In this document: positions 1-8,009 of the stretch, in pieces
Layout: each line of letters starts with the position of its first letter
How positions within the stretch are numbered: position 1 is the first letter of the stretch
Source: Candidatus Kaiserbacteria bacterium
GTDB taxonomy: Bacteria; Patescibacteriota; Minisyncoccia; Phycocordibacterales; JABMNX01
Direction: 5' to 3'
Length of the DNA stretch: 64,000 nucleotides
Assembly: GCA_016186705.1 (NCBI GenBank)
Contig: JACPLB010000001.1
Coordinates: 11,106 to 75,105, forward strand
Translations under genes and position numbers: made by a program
Notes under the pieces: generated by a model
What the model was told of the DNA's origin: nothing
The model's input: only the letters and a program-made list of their open reading frames with translations
Database searches by the model: none

Positions 1-11
1 GTGGATGGAGT

Positions 12-227
12 TTACCGGAACACCACTTCACAGTCCGGACAGTAGCCGCCGCTTTCTGCACCTTCGTCGCGCTCCCGACGGTTCGTGGAACTGGAGCTAC
101 CGTTTCCTCCACGACGATCGCAATGCCGACTACGTGTCTGTCCGTCTCGCACGTTGAACTTAGCATTGGGACCTCGACACGTGTCATTGGTCCTTTTGCC
201 CTTGGCTCCGCGCCCACGCGGAGCCAT
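12..227 (-). CDS. Hypothetical small basic Cys-containing protein, 72 aa (MAPRGRGAKGKR...CPDCEVVFR); coding status uncertain
   Basis: C-terminal part of the 12..806 minus-strand ORF starting at an internal ATG. It has an Arg/Gly-rich N-terminus and 4 Cys (C..C..CPDC). The region is GC-rich and open on both strands, so this may not be a real gene. Confidence 0.2.
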   Translation of the reverse strand: MAPRGRGAKGKRTNDTCRGPNAKFNVRDGQTRSRHCDRRGGNGSSSSTNRRERDEGAESGGYCPDCEVVFR

Positions 228-390
228 TTTTCTTTGACACACTAAAGCGTGATAGTGAGCGACCACAGGGACGATATCATTATCATCAATGTAGCGGAAA
301 GTTGCGTGACAAGGTGTTACGCTGCACGCTATCGTCTCTCTATCAGGGGTAAGTTTGTAAAAGAGGTACGAGACGCATACAATAAAGCTC

Positions 391-1692
391 ATGCAAGAAA
401 GTCTCTTCGTCAAAGGTCTCTCCGGAGAGAAGTCTCTTCGCGGAGAGCTCACAGTCAATTGCGCAAAAAACGCGGTCATCAAGGCGATGGCAGCAAGTCT
501 CCTTTTTGAAGATGACGTTCTACTCTCCGATGTGCCCGACATAGAAGATGTGAGTCGCATGGAAGAGCTTTTGAAAGCGCTCGGCGCGGGAGTCGAGAGG
601 AAAGGGCGAAATTGCCGCATTACACCCCAAAAAGACATGTCGCACTCGATTGACACCGGCATATCGGAGCGATTACGCACATCAATCGTCCTTACCGGAC
701 CGCTTCTCTCAAGATTCGGCGAGGTCTCGTTTCCGCACCCCGGGGGATGCCTCATCGGCGCTCGCCCGATAGACTTTTTTCTTGAAGGATTTACAAAGCT
801 CGGCACGGAAGTCTCGTACGAGAAGAATCAATACCACCTGAAAGCAAAAGGAGGAAAACTGAAAGGCGCCGACATTTTTTTCCCGTCCCCATCGCACACG
901 GGAACGGAAACGATGATAATGGCCGCCGTCCTTGCAGACGGCACAACGACACTCCGGAATGCCGCAATGGAACCAGAGATCGTTGACCTGGCGAACTTTC
1001 TCAATGCCTGCGGAGCGCACATAAAGGGAGCGGGAACGCCGACAATCTCGATTGTCGGCGGGACACTCCTCCATGCCCGCGGGCGCGTCCATCGGGCGCT
1101 CTCCGACCGCATTGAAACGGGAAGTTTTCTCATTCTCGGCGCGCTGTGCGCGGACGAGCTTGTGATACGAAACTGCAATCCATCGCACATAGAAATTCTT
1201 ATTGAACTTCTGCGTCGCTCCGGAGTGAAGATTGAAGTCGGGGAAGACACTATCGTTCTCCGCGGCAATAAAAAAATAAAAAACAGTGAACTTAGAGCGG
1301 TGAACGTAAAAACGCACGAGTACCCGGGTTTTGCCACCGACCTTCAAGCGCCGATGACGGTTTTTCTTACTCAAGTCTCCGGGGAGTCGCTCGTCTTCGA
1401 AACGATTTTTGAGGGACGGCTCAATTACACGAGCGACCTCTCGCGTATGGGAGCGAATATTACGCTATGGGACGCTCATCGCGCCGAGGTAAAAGGTCCG
1501 ACGCCGCTTATCGGCCGGACGCTCGGAAGCCCCGACTTGCGCGCAGGTCTTGCGTTTGTTCTTGCCGGAGCGGTTGCAAAAGGGAACTCTCTTATTAATA
1601 ATGTCTATTACATTGACCGCGGCTACGAGCGCATAGAAGAGCGTCTCAAGGCAATCGGACTTCACATAACGCGGACAGCGCGAACCGAATAA
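391..1692 (+). CDS. murA: UDP-N-acetylglucosamine 1-carboxyvinyltransferase
   Basis: 433 aa with the typical MurA N-terminus (GGxxLxGEV...AKNA) and enolpyruvyl-transferase length; it lies in the cell-envelope gene context. Confidence 0.85.
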   Translation: MQESLFVKGLSGEKSLRGELTVNCAKNAVIKAMAASLLFEDDVLLSDVPDIEDVSRMEELLKALGAGVERKGRNCRITPQKDMSHSIDTGISERLRTSIVLTGPLLSRFGEVSFPHPGGCLIGARPIDFFLEGFTKLGTEVSYEKNQYHLKAKGGKLKGADIFFPSPSHTGTETMIMAAVLADGTTTLRNAAMEPEIVDLANFLNACGAHIKGAGTPTISIVGGTLLHARGRVHRALSDRIETGSFLILGALCADELVIRNCNPSHIEILIELLRRSGVKIEVGEDTIVLRGNKKIKNSELRAVNVKTHEYPGFATDLQAPMTVFLTQVSGESLVFETIFEGRLNYTSDLSRMGANITLWDAHRAEVKGPTPLIGRTLGSPDLRAGLAFVLAGAVAKGNSLINNVYYIDRGYERIEERLKAIGLHITRTARTE

Positions 1693-1694
1693 CC

Positions 1695-2708
1695 ATGTCA
1701 TTTTTCTCGCCAAAACTCGGTATTGACCTCGGCACCACCTACACCCTCGTGTTTGTCCCGGGGAAAGGCGTGGTGCTCAACGAGCCGTCAGTCGTCGCGG
1801 TCTCCGAGTACGATAATAAAATCCTCGCGGTGGGGAACAGTGCGAAGGACATGATAGGGCGGACGCCGGACAATATCATTGCGTATCGCCCGATGAAGGA
1901 CGGCGTCATCGCGGACTACAAAGTGACCGAAGCGATGCTCCGCTATTACATGAAAAAGGCGCTTGGTTCGTGGAACCTCTTTCGTCCGGAAGTGATGATT
2001 TCGGTTCCTGCAGGCGTTACGTCAACAGAGAAGCGTGCGGTTATCGAAGCGGCGACCAAGGCGGGCGCGAAAAACGCCTATGTCGTCAAAGAGCCGGTTC
2101 TTGCGGCAATCGGCGCGGGCATTCCGATTCAGGAAGCCTGCGGGCACATGATTGTGGATGTCGGCGGAGGCACGATTGACGTCGCGGTGATTTCGCTCGG
2201 CGGAATTGTCGCGTCGACTTCGGTGAAGTGCGCGGGGAATCGCATTGACCAGGCAATCGCAGACTACGTGAAAAAAACATTCAACCTCGCCATCGGCGAT
2301 AAGACTGCCGAGGATATCAAAATTAAAATCGGCTCCGCCGTGCCGCTCGAGGAAGAGCTCGTCATGGTTATCAAGGGGCGTGATTTTCTCACAGGGCTTC
2401 CGCGTTCGACGGACATCCGCACGAACGAAATCGTGAAGGCAATCGCGCGCGAGCTCCGCGAGATGATAAAAGCAATCCGCGACGTGCTCCAAGACACTCC
2501 ACCCGAACTCTCGGCAGACATCATTGACCAAGGTATTACCATGACCGGCGGCTCCTCGCAGTTGCGGAACTTTCCGGAACTCGTCTTTCGCCGCACGGGA
2601 GTGAAAGCGTACCTTGCGGACGACGCACCGTACTGCGTCGCGAAAGGCACCGGCATCGCACTCAACCACCTCAAGACCTATAAGAAAAGCATTCTGGCAA
2701 AAGCGTAA
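1695..2708 (+). CDS. mreB: Rod shape-determining actin homolog MreB (paralog 1)
   Basis: 337 aa with the MreB signature GIDLGTTYTLVFV...NEPSVVA and DVGGGT. Confidence 0.85.
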   Translation: MSFFSPKLGIDLGTTYTLVFVPGKGVVLNEPSVVAVSEYDNKILAVGNSAKDMIGRTPDNIIAYRPMKDGVIADYKVTEAMLRYYMKKALGSWNLFRPEVMISVPAGVTSTEKRAVIEAATKAGAKNAYVVKEPVLAAIGAGIPIQEACGHMIVDVGGGTIDVAVISLGGIVASTSVKCAGNRIDQAIADYVKKTFNLAIGDKTAEDIKIKIGSAVPLEEELVMVIKGRDFLTGLPRSTDIRTNEIVKAIARELREMIKAIRDVLQDTPPELSADIIDQGITMTGGSSQLRNFPELVFRRTGVKAYLADDAPYCVAKGTGIALNHLKTYKKSILAKA

Positions 2709-2762
2709 GAACATACGCAGCCCGTTGCCATACAGTGCGATTTTTTTGATACAATAAAGGTT

Positions 2763-2803
2763 CCTCGGGGCAAGCCCCGCAAAATGCGGGGCAAGCCCCG
2801 AGG
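2763..2803. terminator. Long GC-rich imperfect hairpin (two copies of GGGGCAAGCCCC) downstream of mreB1; possible terminator or structured element
   Basis: The sequence cctcggggcaagccccgc-aaaat-gcggggcaagccccgagg is nearly self-complementary. No clear U-tract follows. Confidence 0.4.
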
Positions 2804-2897
2804 AATTGACGGAGGAGCTCGCTTCGCTCGCACGATCGCGTCGCATCCGCCAGCTGGCGGAGCGCGGTATTAAAACCTATATTAGCTCCTCGGCTCG

Positions 2898-2928
2898 GAA
2901 ATGTGAAAATCCTGATTTTCACATTTCA
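2898..2928. promoter_or_regulatory. Perfect 14-bp inverted repeat (GAAATGTGAAAATC-ctg-GATTTTCACATTTC), candidate operator or terminator upstream of holB
   Basis: Seen directly in the sequence, 27 bp upstream of the holB GTG start. Confidence 0.4.
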
Positions 2929-2954
2929 CTCACCCTACGTCGCTAATAAAAATT

Positions 2955-3656
2955 GTGCAAGAACTTACCGACATATATCACAACGGTGCGTTGCACCACG
3001 CGTATCTCATTGTAGACGATAGGGACAGGAGTAAAGACGTTGCAAAATTTGTTGAAGAGAATCTCGGTATTCCTGCGCGCGGCAATCCCGACGTGCACAT
3101 ACGGGAATACAACGTTTTCGGGATTGACAACGCGCGAGAGATTCAATCGCTTGAATCAAAACGCTCCGCCTCTCCCGGAGCGCGTCCGACCGAAGCGGGA
3201 AAAAAGATTTTCATACTCTCTACGCATTCCATAACTCGCGAGGCGCAGAACGCGTTTCTTAAGACGCTTGAAGAGCCGACCGCGGGGACTCATTTTTTCA
3301 TACTCATGCGCTCACCCGACATACTCCTTCCGACGCTTCTCTCCCGCATGCATGTTGTAAAGCTTAAAAAAAGCGGCGCGTCAACCACGTTCGCGAGGCA
3401 GTTTCTCTCATCTCCCGCGCCGGAGCGCCTCGCGCTTATAAAGGACATTATTGAATCAAAAAACAAGCCTGATGCGCTTCTGCTTATTGACAGGCTTGAA
3501 CAAGAACTTCACGACCGCACCGACTTCAGGGAAAGTGAGCATGTGCCGGAGGCATTTGAAGCGCTTCAGAGCGTCCGTTCGTACCTCACTGACCGCTCGT
3601 CATCGGTGAAAATTTTACTCGAGTACCTGTCGGTAACACTCCCGCGTATATCATGA
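2955..3656 (+). CDS. holB: DNA polymerase III delta-prime subunit-like protein (short form)
   Basis: 233 aa with AQNAFLKTLEEP...FILM...LLPTLLSR, the delta-prime/clamp-loader box. GTG start; the Walker A region is degenerate. Confidence 0.7.
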   Translation: MQELTDIYHNGALHHAYLIVDDRDRSKDVAKFVEENLGIPARGNPDVHIREYNVFGIDNAREIQSLESKRSASPGARPTEAGKKIFILSTHSITREAQNAFLKTLEEPTAGTHFFILMRSPDILLPTLLSRMHVVKLKKSGASTTFARQFLSSPAPERLALIKDIIESKNKPDALLLIDRLEQELHDRTDFRESEHVPEAFEALQSVRSYLTDRSSSVKILLEYLSVTLPRIS

Positions 3657-4615
3657 GCCGTACGAATACTTTTTTCATACTCGCGCTCCTCTTCTTTTTT
3701 CTTTTGCCTTCTTTTTCGGAAACCGTACTTGCCGCGATTAACGCGAAGCATGTCGGATTTGTGAATTCTTCACTATGGTTTGACCGCGAACCATTTTTCT
3801 CAAACGAGAACGTGCGAGTGTACACCGCGCTCGCCAACAGCACGCCGGCGGATTTCAACGGCACTATTGAGTTTTACGACGGGGACATACTCATCGGCTC
3901 TTCAGAGGTATCGCTTGAACGAAACGGCGGCTTTGAAGTCGTCTGGGCTGATTGGACTCCTCATGAAGGAGACCATACGGTACGGGTAAGAATTGTTGAC
4001 GCTATATTGATACCTCCGGAAGGAGAGCCGATACCCGTTACGTACGATGAAGAACCGTCGTCCGCACTCTCTCGTTTTGTGGACACGGATACTGATGGCG
4101 ACGGGGTCGGGAACAGGGACGATACCGATGATGACAATGACGGCATACCTAACGAGAAAGACGACATGCCGCTCGTCGCTTTATCTCTTCCGAACAGTAC
4201 GACAGGTAAGGAAGAAGAGAAAGATTCAATACGTTCTCTTGCCGAGGACCTCTCGGGTCAAGCGGTTTTGCAAATCGGAAACGTCGCTTCAAGCACGATG
4301 CCTCGGATTGTTGCAGGCGTAGAGACGGCGCTTGAGGCAATTGAAGAATTCCGCATCGGCCAGAACGAAAAAGTTGACGCGCGAATAAAGACGATACGAG
4401 AGAGAATTGCCGAAGACCGCGCGGGCTTTGAGGAGTTGCCTCAAAGTGAAGAGGAGCGGAAGAACGCGCCGTGGAACCAGCTTGAGCTCTTGGCACTCAC
4501 TGCCGCAGGGTATACATTGAGCAATAGAATCGTCTTTTATCTTTTTGCCGCGTTTATTGCGTATGTTATTCTAAAGACAATCATTCCGTGGATGTATTAT
4601 AAAATTCGCGGATAA
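3653..4615 (+). CDS. Secreted/membrane-anchored protein with thrombospondin type-3-like Ca-binding Asp-rich repeats
   Basis: N-terminal signal peptide, DTDTDGDGVGNRDDTDDDNDGIPNEKDD repeats and a C-terminal hydrophobic anchor. Confidence 0.6.
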   Translation: MSRTNTFFILALLFFFLLPSFSETVLAAINAKHVGFVNSSLWFDREPFFSNENVRVYTALANSTPADFNGTIEFYDGDILIGSSEVSLERNGGFEVVWADWTPHEGDHTVRVRIVDAILIPPEGEPIPVTYDEEPSSALSRFVDTDTDGDGVGNRDDTDDDNDGIPNEKDDMPLVALSLPNSTTGKEEEKDSIRSLAEDLSGQAVLQIGNVASSTMPRIVAGVETALEAIEEFRIGQNEKVDARIKTIRERIAEDRAGFEELPQSEEERKNAPWNQLELLALTAAGYTLSNRIVFYLFAAFIAYVILKTIIPWMYYKIRG

Positions 4616-4631
4616 CATAACGTATATATCT

Positions 4632-4940
4632 ATGAGCACGCTCGCACTTATTTTCATCGGTCTTCTCGGGATACTCCTCGGGTACACAATGGGCAGGCGT
4701 GATATCCGCGCGCGAATGACCGCTTTTGTGAATGAAGAGCGTCTTCTCCATAAAGAGAAATGGAAGGGTATGATTATGAAACATCTTCGCGAACGCGGGG
4801 AGTTGACCAATAGTGACGTGCGGGAATTACTCGGAGTGTCAGACACGACGGTTGTGAGGTATTTTGACGAACTTGAAAAAGAAGGGAAAGTTGTGCAGAC
4901 GGGGAAGAGCGGTCGCGGCGTGCATTACGAACTCGCGTGA
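4632..4940 (+). CDS. Small membrane-anchored winged-helix (HTH) protein
   Basis: 102 aa with an N-terminal TM helix and a C-terminal LTNSDVRELLGVSDTTVVRYFDELEKEGKV...GRGVHYEL wHTH. Confidence 0.5.
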   Translation: MSTLALIFIGLLGILLGYTMGRRDIRARMTAFVNEERLLHKEKWKGMIMKHLRERGELTNSDVRELLGVSDTTVVRYFDELEKEGKVVQTGKSGRGVHYELA

Positions 4941-4949
4941 TGTTTCTGA

Positions 4950-4981
4950 AAATAAACGCCACAGGTATCTGTGGCGTTTAT
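4950..4981 (+). terminator. Rho-independent terminator hairpin (AATAAACGCCACAG-gtatc-CTGTGGCGTTTATT)
   Basis: Perfect 14-bp stem with flanking A/T runs; it can act in both directions. Confidence 0.6.
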
Positions 4982-4992
4982 TATGTTACAAT

Positions 4993-5553
4993 ATGCTCGC
5001 TATGGCGTATGATTTTTCTTCACTAAAGAAAAAGATTTCCGATACGGAAGTCTGGCTCAAGAAGGAATTCCAGAGCATTCGCACCGGCAGGGCAGTCCCC
5101 GCGCTTCTTGACGGCATTCAGGTGGAATCGTACGGTTCCCGCGTGTCTCTTAACCACGTGGGAAGCATCGGCATTGAGGACCCGCGCACGCTCCGCGTTT
5201 CGGTATGGAATACGGAACAGGTAAAAGACGTTGAGCGGGCGATTACCGACGCGAACCTCGGCGTCGGCGTCTCATCTGACGAGAAAGGCGTTCGCGTGAC
5301 ATTTCCAGAGCTTACATCAGAGAGGCGCGAGATGCTCATAAAGCTCGCGAAAGATAAAAGGGAAGACGCACGTGTCTCACTCCGGAGCGAGCGCGACCTG
5401 GTCTGGAGCGACATCCAAAAAAAGGAGCGGGACGGAGAGGTCGGCGAAGACGACAAATTCAGATACAAGGAAGAGATGCAGAAGCTTGTTGACAAAGGCA
5501 ATAAAGCGCTTGACGCATTGATGGAGAAAAAAGAAGCAGAAATCCACTCTTAG
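4993..5553 (+). CDS. frr: Ribosome recycling factor
   Basis: The internal ATG of ORF 4864..5553 gives ~186 aa with Frr motifs (IRTGRA...LL, VWN..., TDANLG). Confidence 0.85.
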   Translation: MLAMAYDFSSLKKKISDTEVWLKKEFQSIRTGRAVPALLDGIQVESYGSRVSLNHVGSIGIEDPRTLRVSVWNTEQVKDVERAITDANLGVGVSSDEKGVRVTFPELTSERREMLIKLAKDKREDARVSLRSERDLVWSDIQKKERDGEVGEDDKFRYKEEMQKLVDKGNKALDALMEKKEAEIHS

Positions 5554-5563
5554 TCTTGTTTTT

Positions 5564-5596
5564 ACTGGAAGCTCTAAGCTAAAAGCTGTAAGCTAT
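5564..5596 (+). repeat. AAGCT-heptad element copy (ACTGGAAGCTCTAAGCTAAAAGCTGTAAGCTA) 4 nt upstream of the rseP ATG
   Basis: Four tandem AAGCTNN heptads; near-identical to the copy at 40135-40167. Confidence 0.8.
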
Positions 5597-5600
5597 TTCT

Positions 5601-6701
5601 ATGTCAATTCTCATTTTTCTCGCGGTACTCCTCGTGCTCATTATCGTCCATGAATTCGGACATTTTATCGTTGCAAAACGTGCCGGCATTCGAGTGGATG
5701 AATTCGGCATCGGATTTCCGCCGAAACTTTTTGGCATAAAAAAGGGGGAAACGGAATACACGCTAAATGCGCTTCCGTTTGGCGGTTTCGTGCGCATCTT
5801 CGGGGAAAATCCCGACGACCCCCTGCTTCAAGGACCCGACAGTGACAGGGCGCTTGTCCGAAAGCCAAAGCTCGTCCAAGCGGCAGTACTCTTTGCCGGA
5901 GTCTTTTTTAACGTACTTCTTGCATGGATACTTTTCTCCGGAACGCTCATGACAGGAACTCCCGCAGTCGCCGGTGAGCACGAGAAATATATCTCGAACG
6001 AGAAATTACTCGTTACCCACGTCCTTCCAGACACTCCGGCGTCGCGGACGGAACTCCGCGCAGGAGACGCAATTCTCTCGCTCTCAAGCGGCGGGTCGAG
6101 CATACAGCCCGAAAGTCCGGAAGAGGCAAGCGCCTTCATTCGCGCTCATCACGGAGAATCAATTCTTCTTGCGTTTGAAAGAGACGGCGTAATGTTTGCC
6201 GCGCCGCTTATTCCGGAGACGGGGCTTATTGAAGAATCTCCAGAGACTCCCGCCATCGGGATTGGCATGGGTCGTGTGGGGGAGCTCCGGCTTCCGTTTC
6301 ACCTCGCGCTTTTAGAGGGAGGAGAGCAGACGCTTAGCATGCTCTACCGCATCACTCTTGGCATTGGCACGTTTCTCTTTGACGCGCTCCTTCTTCAAGC
6401 AGACCTCTCCACAGTCGCCGGTCCGGTCGGTATCGTCGGGCTTGTCGGGAACGCGTCTGCACTCGGTATTGTGGCGCTCCTCAACTTTACGGCAATTATT
6501 TCGCTCAATCTCGCCGTTATCAATCTCATTCCGTTTCCCGCGCTCGACGGAGGACGATTGCTTTTTCTTTGCATCGAAGCACTCAAAGGCTCTCCCATCA
6601 AGCCGAAGGTCGCCGCCGCGTGGAATACCGCTGGCTTCGCGCTCCTCGTTCTTCTTATGCTCGTCGTGACGTATAGCGACATCCTCCGGCTTTTTGGATA
6701 A
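5601..6701 (+). CDS. rseP: Site-2 zinc metalloprotease with PDZ domain
   Basis: HEFGHF zincin motif at the N-terminus, a central PDZ region and the C-terminal LDGG motif. Confidence 0.85.
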   Translation: MSILIFLAVLLVLIIVHEFGHFIVAKRAGIRVDEFGIGFPPKLFGIKKGETEYTLNALPFGGFVRIFGENPDDPLLQGPDSDRALVRKPKLVQAAVLFAGVFFNVLLAWILFSGTLMTGTPAVAGEHEKYISNEKLLVTHVLPDTPASRTELRAGDAILSLSSGGSSIQPESPEEASAFIRAHHGESILLAFERDGVMFAAPLIPETGLIEESPETPAIGIGMGRVGELRLPFHLALLEGGEQTLSMLYRITLGIGTFLFDALLLQADLSTVAGPVGIVGLVGNASALGIVALLNFTAIISLNLAVINLIPFPALDGGRLLFLCIEALKGSPIKPKVAAAWNTAGFALLVLLMLVVTYSDILRLFG

Positions 6702-6758
6702 AAAAGGCCAAAAAACAATTTTTGACCGCGCACTCCGGATAGGATACTATTTCATTTA

Positions 6759-8009
6759 ATGAAACAAAGCGTACTCTTCACAAAGACCAGGAAAGAAGCT
6801 CCAAAGGATGAAGTCTCTTTGAACGCGAAGCTCCTCATACGGGGCGGGTTTATCCATAAGCGAATGGCGGGAGTGTACGAGTATCTCCCCCTCGGGCTTT
6901 TGGTGCTCAATAATATCATAGGGGTCATCCGCGAAGAGATGAATGCTATCGGCGGGCAAGAAATGAAACTTTCCGCTCTCCAGGATAAAGCGACGTGGGA
7001 GACGACAGGCAGGTGGGACGATGAAAAAATTCCGGTGTGGTTCAAGACGAGACTGAAAGAAGGCGCCGAGCTCGGACTCGGATTCACACACGAGGAACCG
7101 CTGACCGAGCTTATGCGCGGGTACGTTTCTTCGTACAAAGACCTGCCCGTTTACCCCTACCAATTTCAGACAAAATTCAGGAATGAAGAACGCGCCAAGA
7201 GCGGCATTATACGGACGCGCGAATTCATTATGAAAGACCTGTACTCATTTTCGCGAAGTGAGGCGGAGCACCGGGCATTTTATGAACAATGCGCCGGAGC
7301 GTATCGAAAGATTTTCAAGCGTCTCGGCATCGGAGAGATTACCTATCGGACGTTCGCGAGCGGCGGGGTATTCAGTACGTACAGCGATGAGTTCCAAACA
7401 CTCTCTCAAGCGGGAGAAGACACCATTTATATAGATGAAGCGAAAGGCATCGCGGTCAACAAAGAAGTTTATACGGACGATGTGCTCAAAGACCTCGGAC
7501 TCGAAAAAAAGAATCTCAAAGAGAAGCGTTCCGTCGAAGTCGGGAATATCTTCTCTCTCGGTACGCGTTTTTCGGATGCGTTCAAGCTTGCATTTAAAGA
7601 CGAAAACGGCGCACAAAAATCCGCCGTTATGGGAAGCTACGGCATCGGTCCGGGGCGTTTGATGGGGGTCATTGTCGAAACGCTCGCTGACGAAAAAGGC
7701 ATCGTGTGGCCGAGTGAAGCCGCTCCGTTCGCGTTTCACCTTCTTAATATCGGAGGTGGCGATGAAAAGGTGAGAGCGTATACCGACACACTATACAAAA
7801 AACTCTTGAAAGTTGGCATCGCGGTTTTATATGACGACAGAGACCTGCGCGCCGGAGAGAAATTCGCGGACAGCGACCTCATCGGCATTCCGAAAAGAAT
7901 CGTGGTAAGCGGGAAAACGCTTGAAGCGAAGAACATTGAAGTGGTTGAAAGAAAAACTGGAAAAACAAAGCATGTCGCAGAAGCTGAACTTTTCCATAGA
8001 GGAGCATGA
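6759..8009 (+). CDS. proS: Prolyl-tRNA synthetase (short bacterial-type, no INS editing domain)
   Basis: 416 aa with the MKQSVLFTKTRKEAP...LLIRGGFI N-terminus and class II aaRS motifs. Confidence 0.8.
   Translation: MKQSVLFTKTRKEAPKDEVSLNAKLLIRGGFIHKRMAGVYEYLPLGLLVLNNIIGVIREEMNAIGGQEMKLSALQDKATWETTGRWDDEKIPVWFKTRLKEGAELGLGFTHEEPLTELMRGYVSSYKDLPVYPYQFQTKFRNEERAKSGIIRTREFIMKDLYSFSRSEAEHRAFYEQCAGAYRKIFKRLGIGEITYRTFASGGVFSTYSDEFQTLSQAGEDTIYIDEAKGIAVNKEVYTDDVLKDLGLEKKNLKEKRSVEVGNIFSLGTRFSDAFKLAFKDENGAQKSAVMGSYGIGPGRLMGVIVETLADEKGIVWPSEAAPFAFHLLNIGGGDEKVRAYTDTLYKKLLKVGIAVLYDDRDLRAGEKFADSDLIGIPKRIVVSGKTLEAKNIEVVERKTGKTKHVAEAELFHRGA

Noticed and set aside
12-806. 264-aa minus-strand ORF overlapping the murA 5' half
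   Set aside because: It lies antisense to a well-supported MurA reading frame. Only its 3'-terminal 72 codons, outside murA, are kept as a low-confidence small ORF.
709-1374. Two long minus-strand ORFs (221 aa and 169 aa) inside murA
   Set aside because: Both are antisense shadow ORFs of murA in a GC-rich gene, with Arg/Ser-rich low-complexity translations.
2022-2846. 274-aa minus-strand ORF inside mreB1 (and the 2264..2674 ORF)
   Set aside because: It lies antisense to a textbook MreB, with an Arg-rich junk translation.
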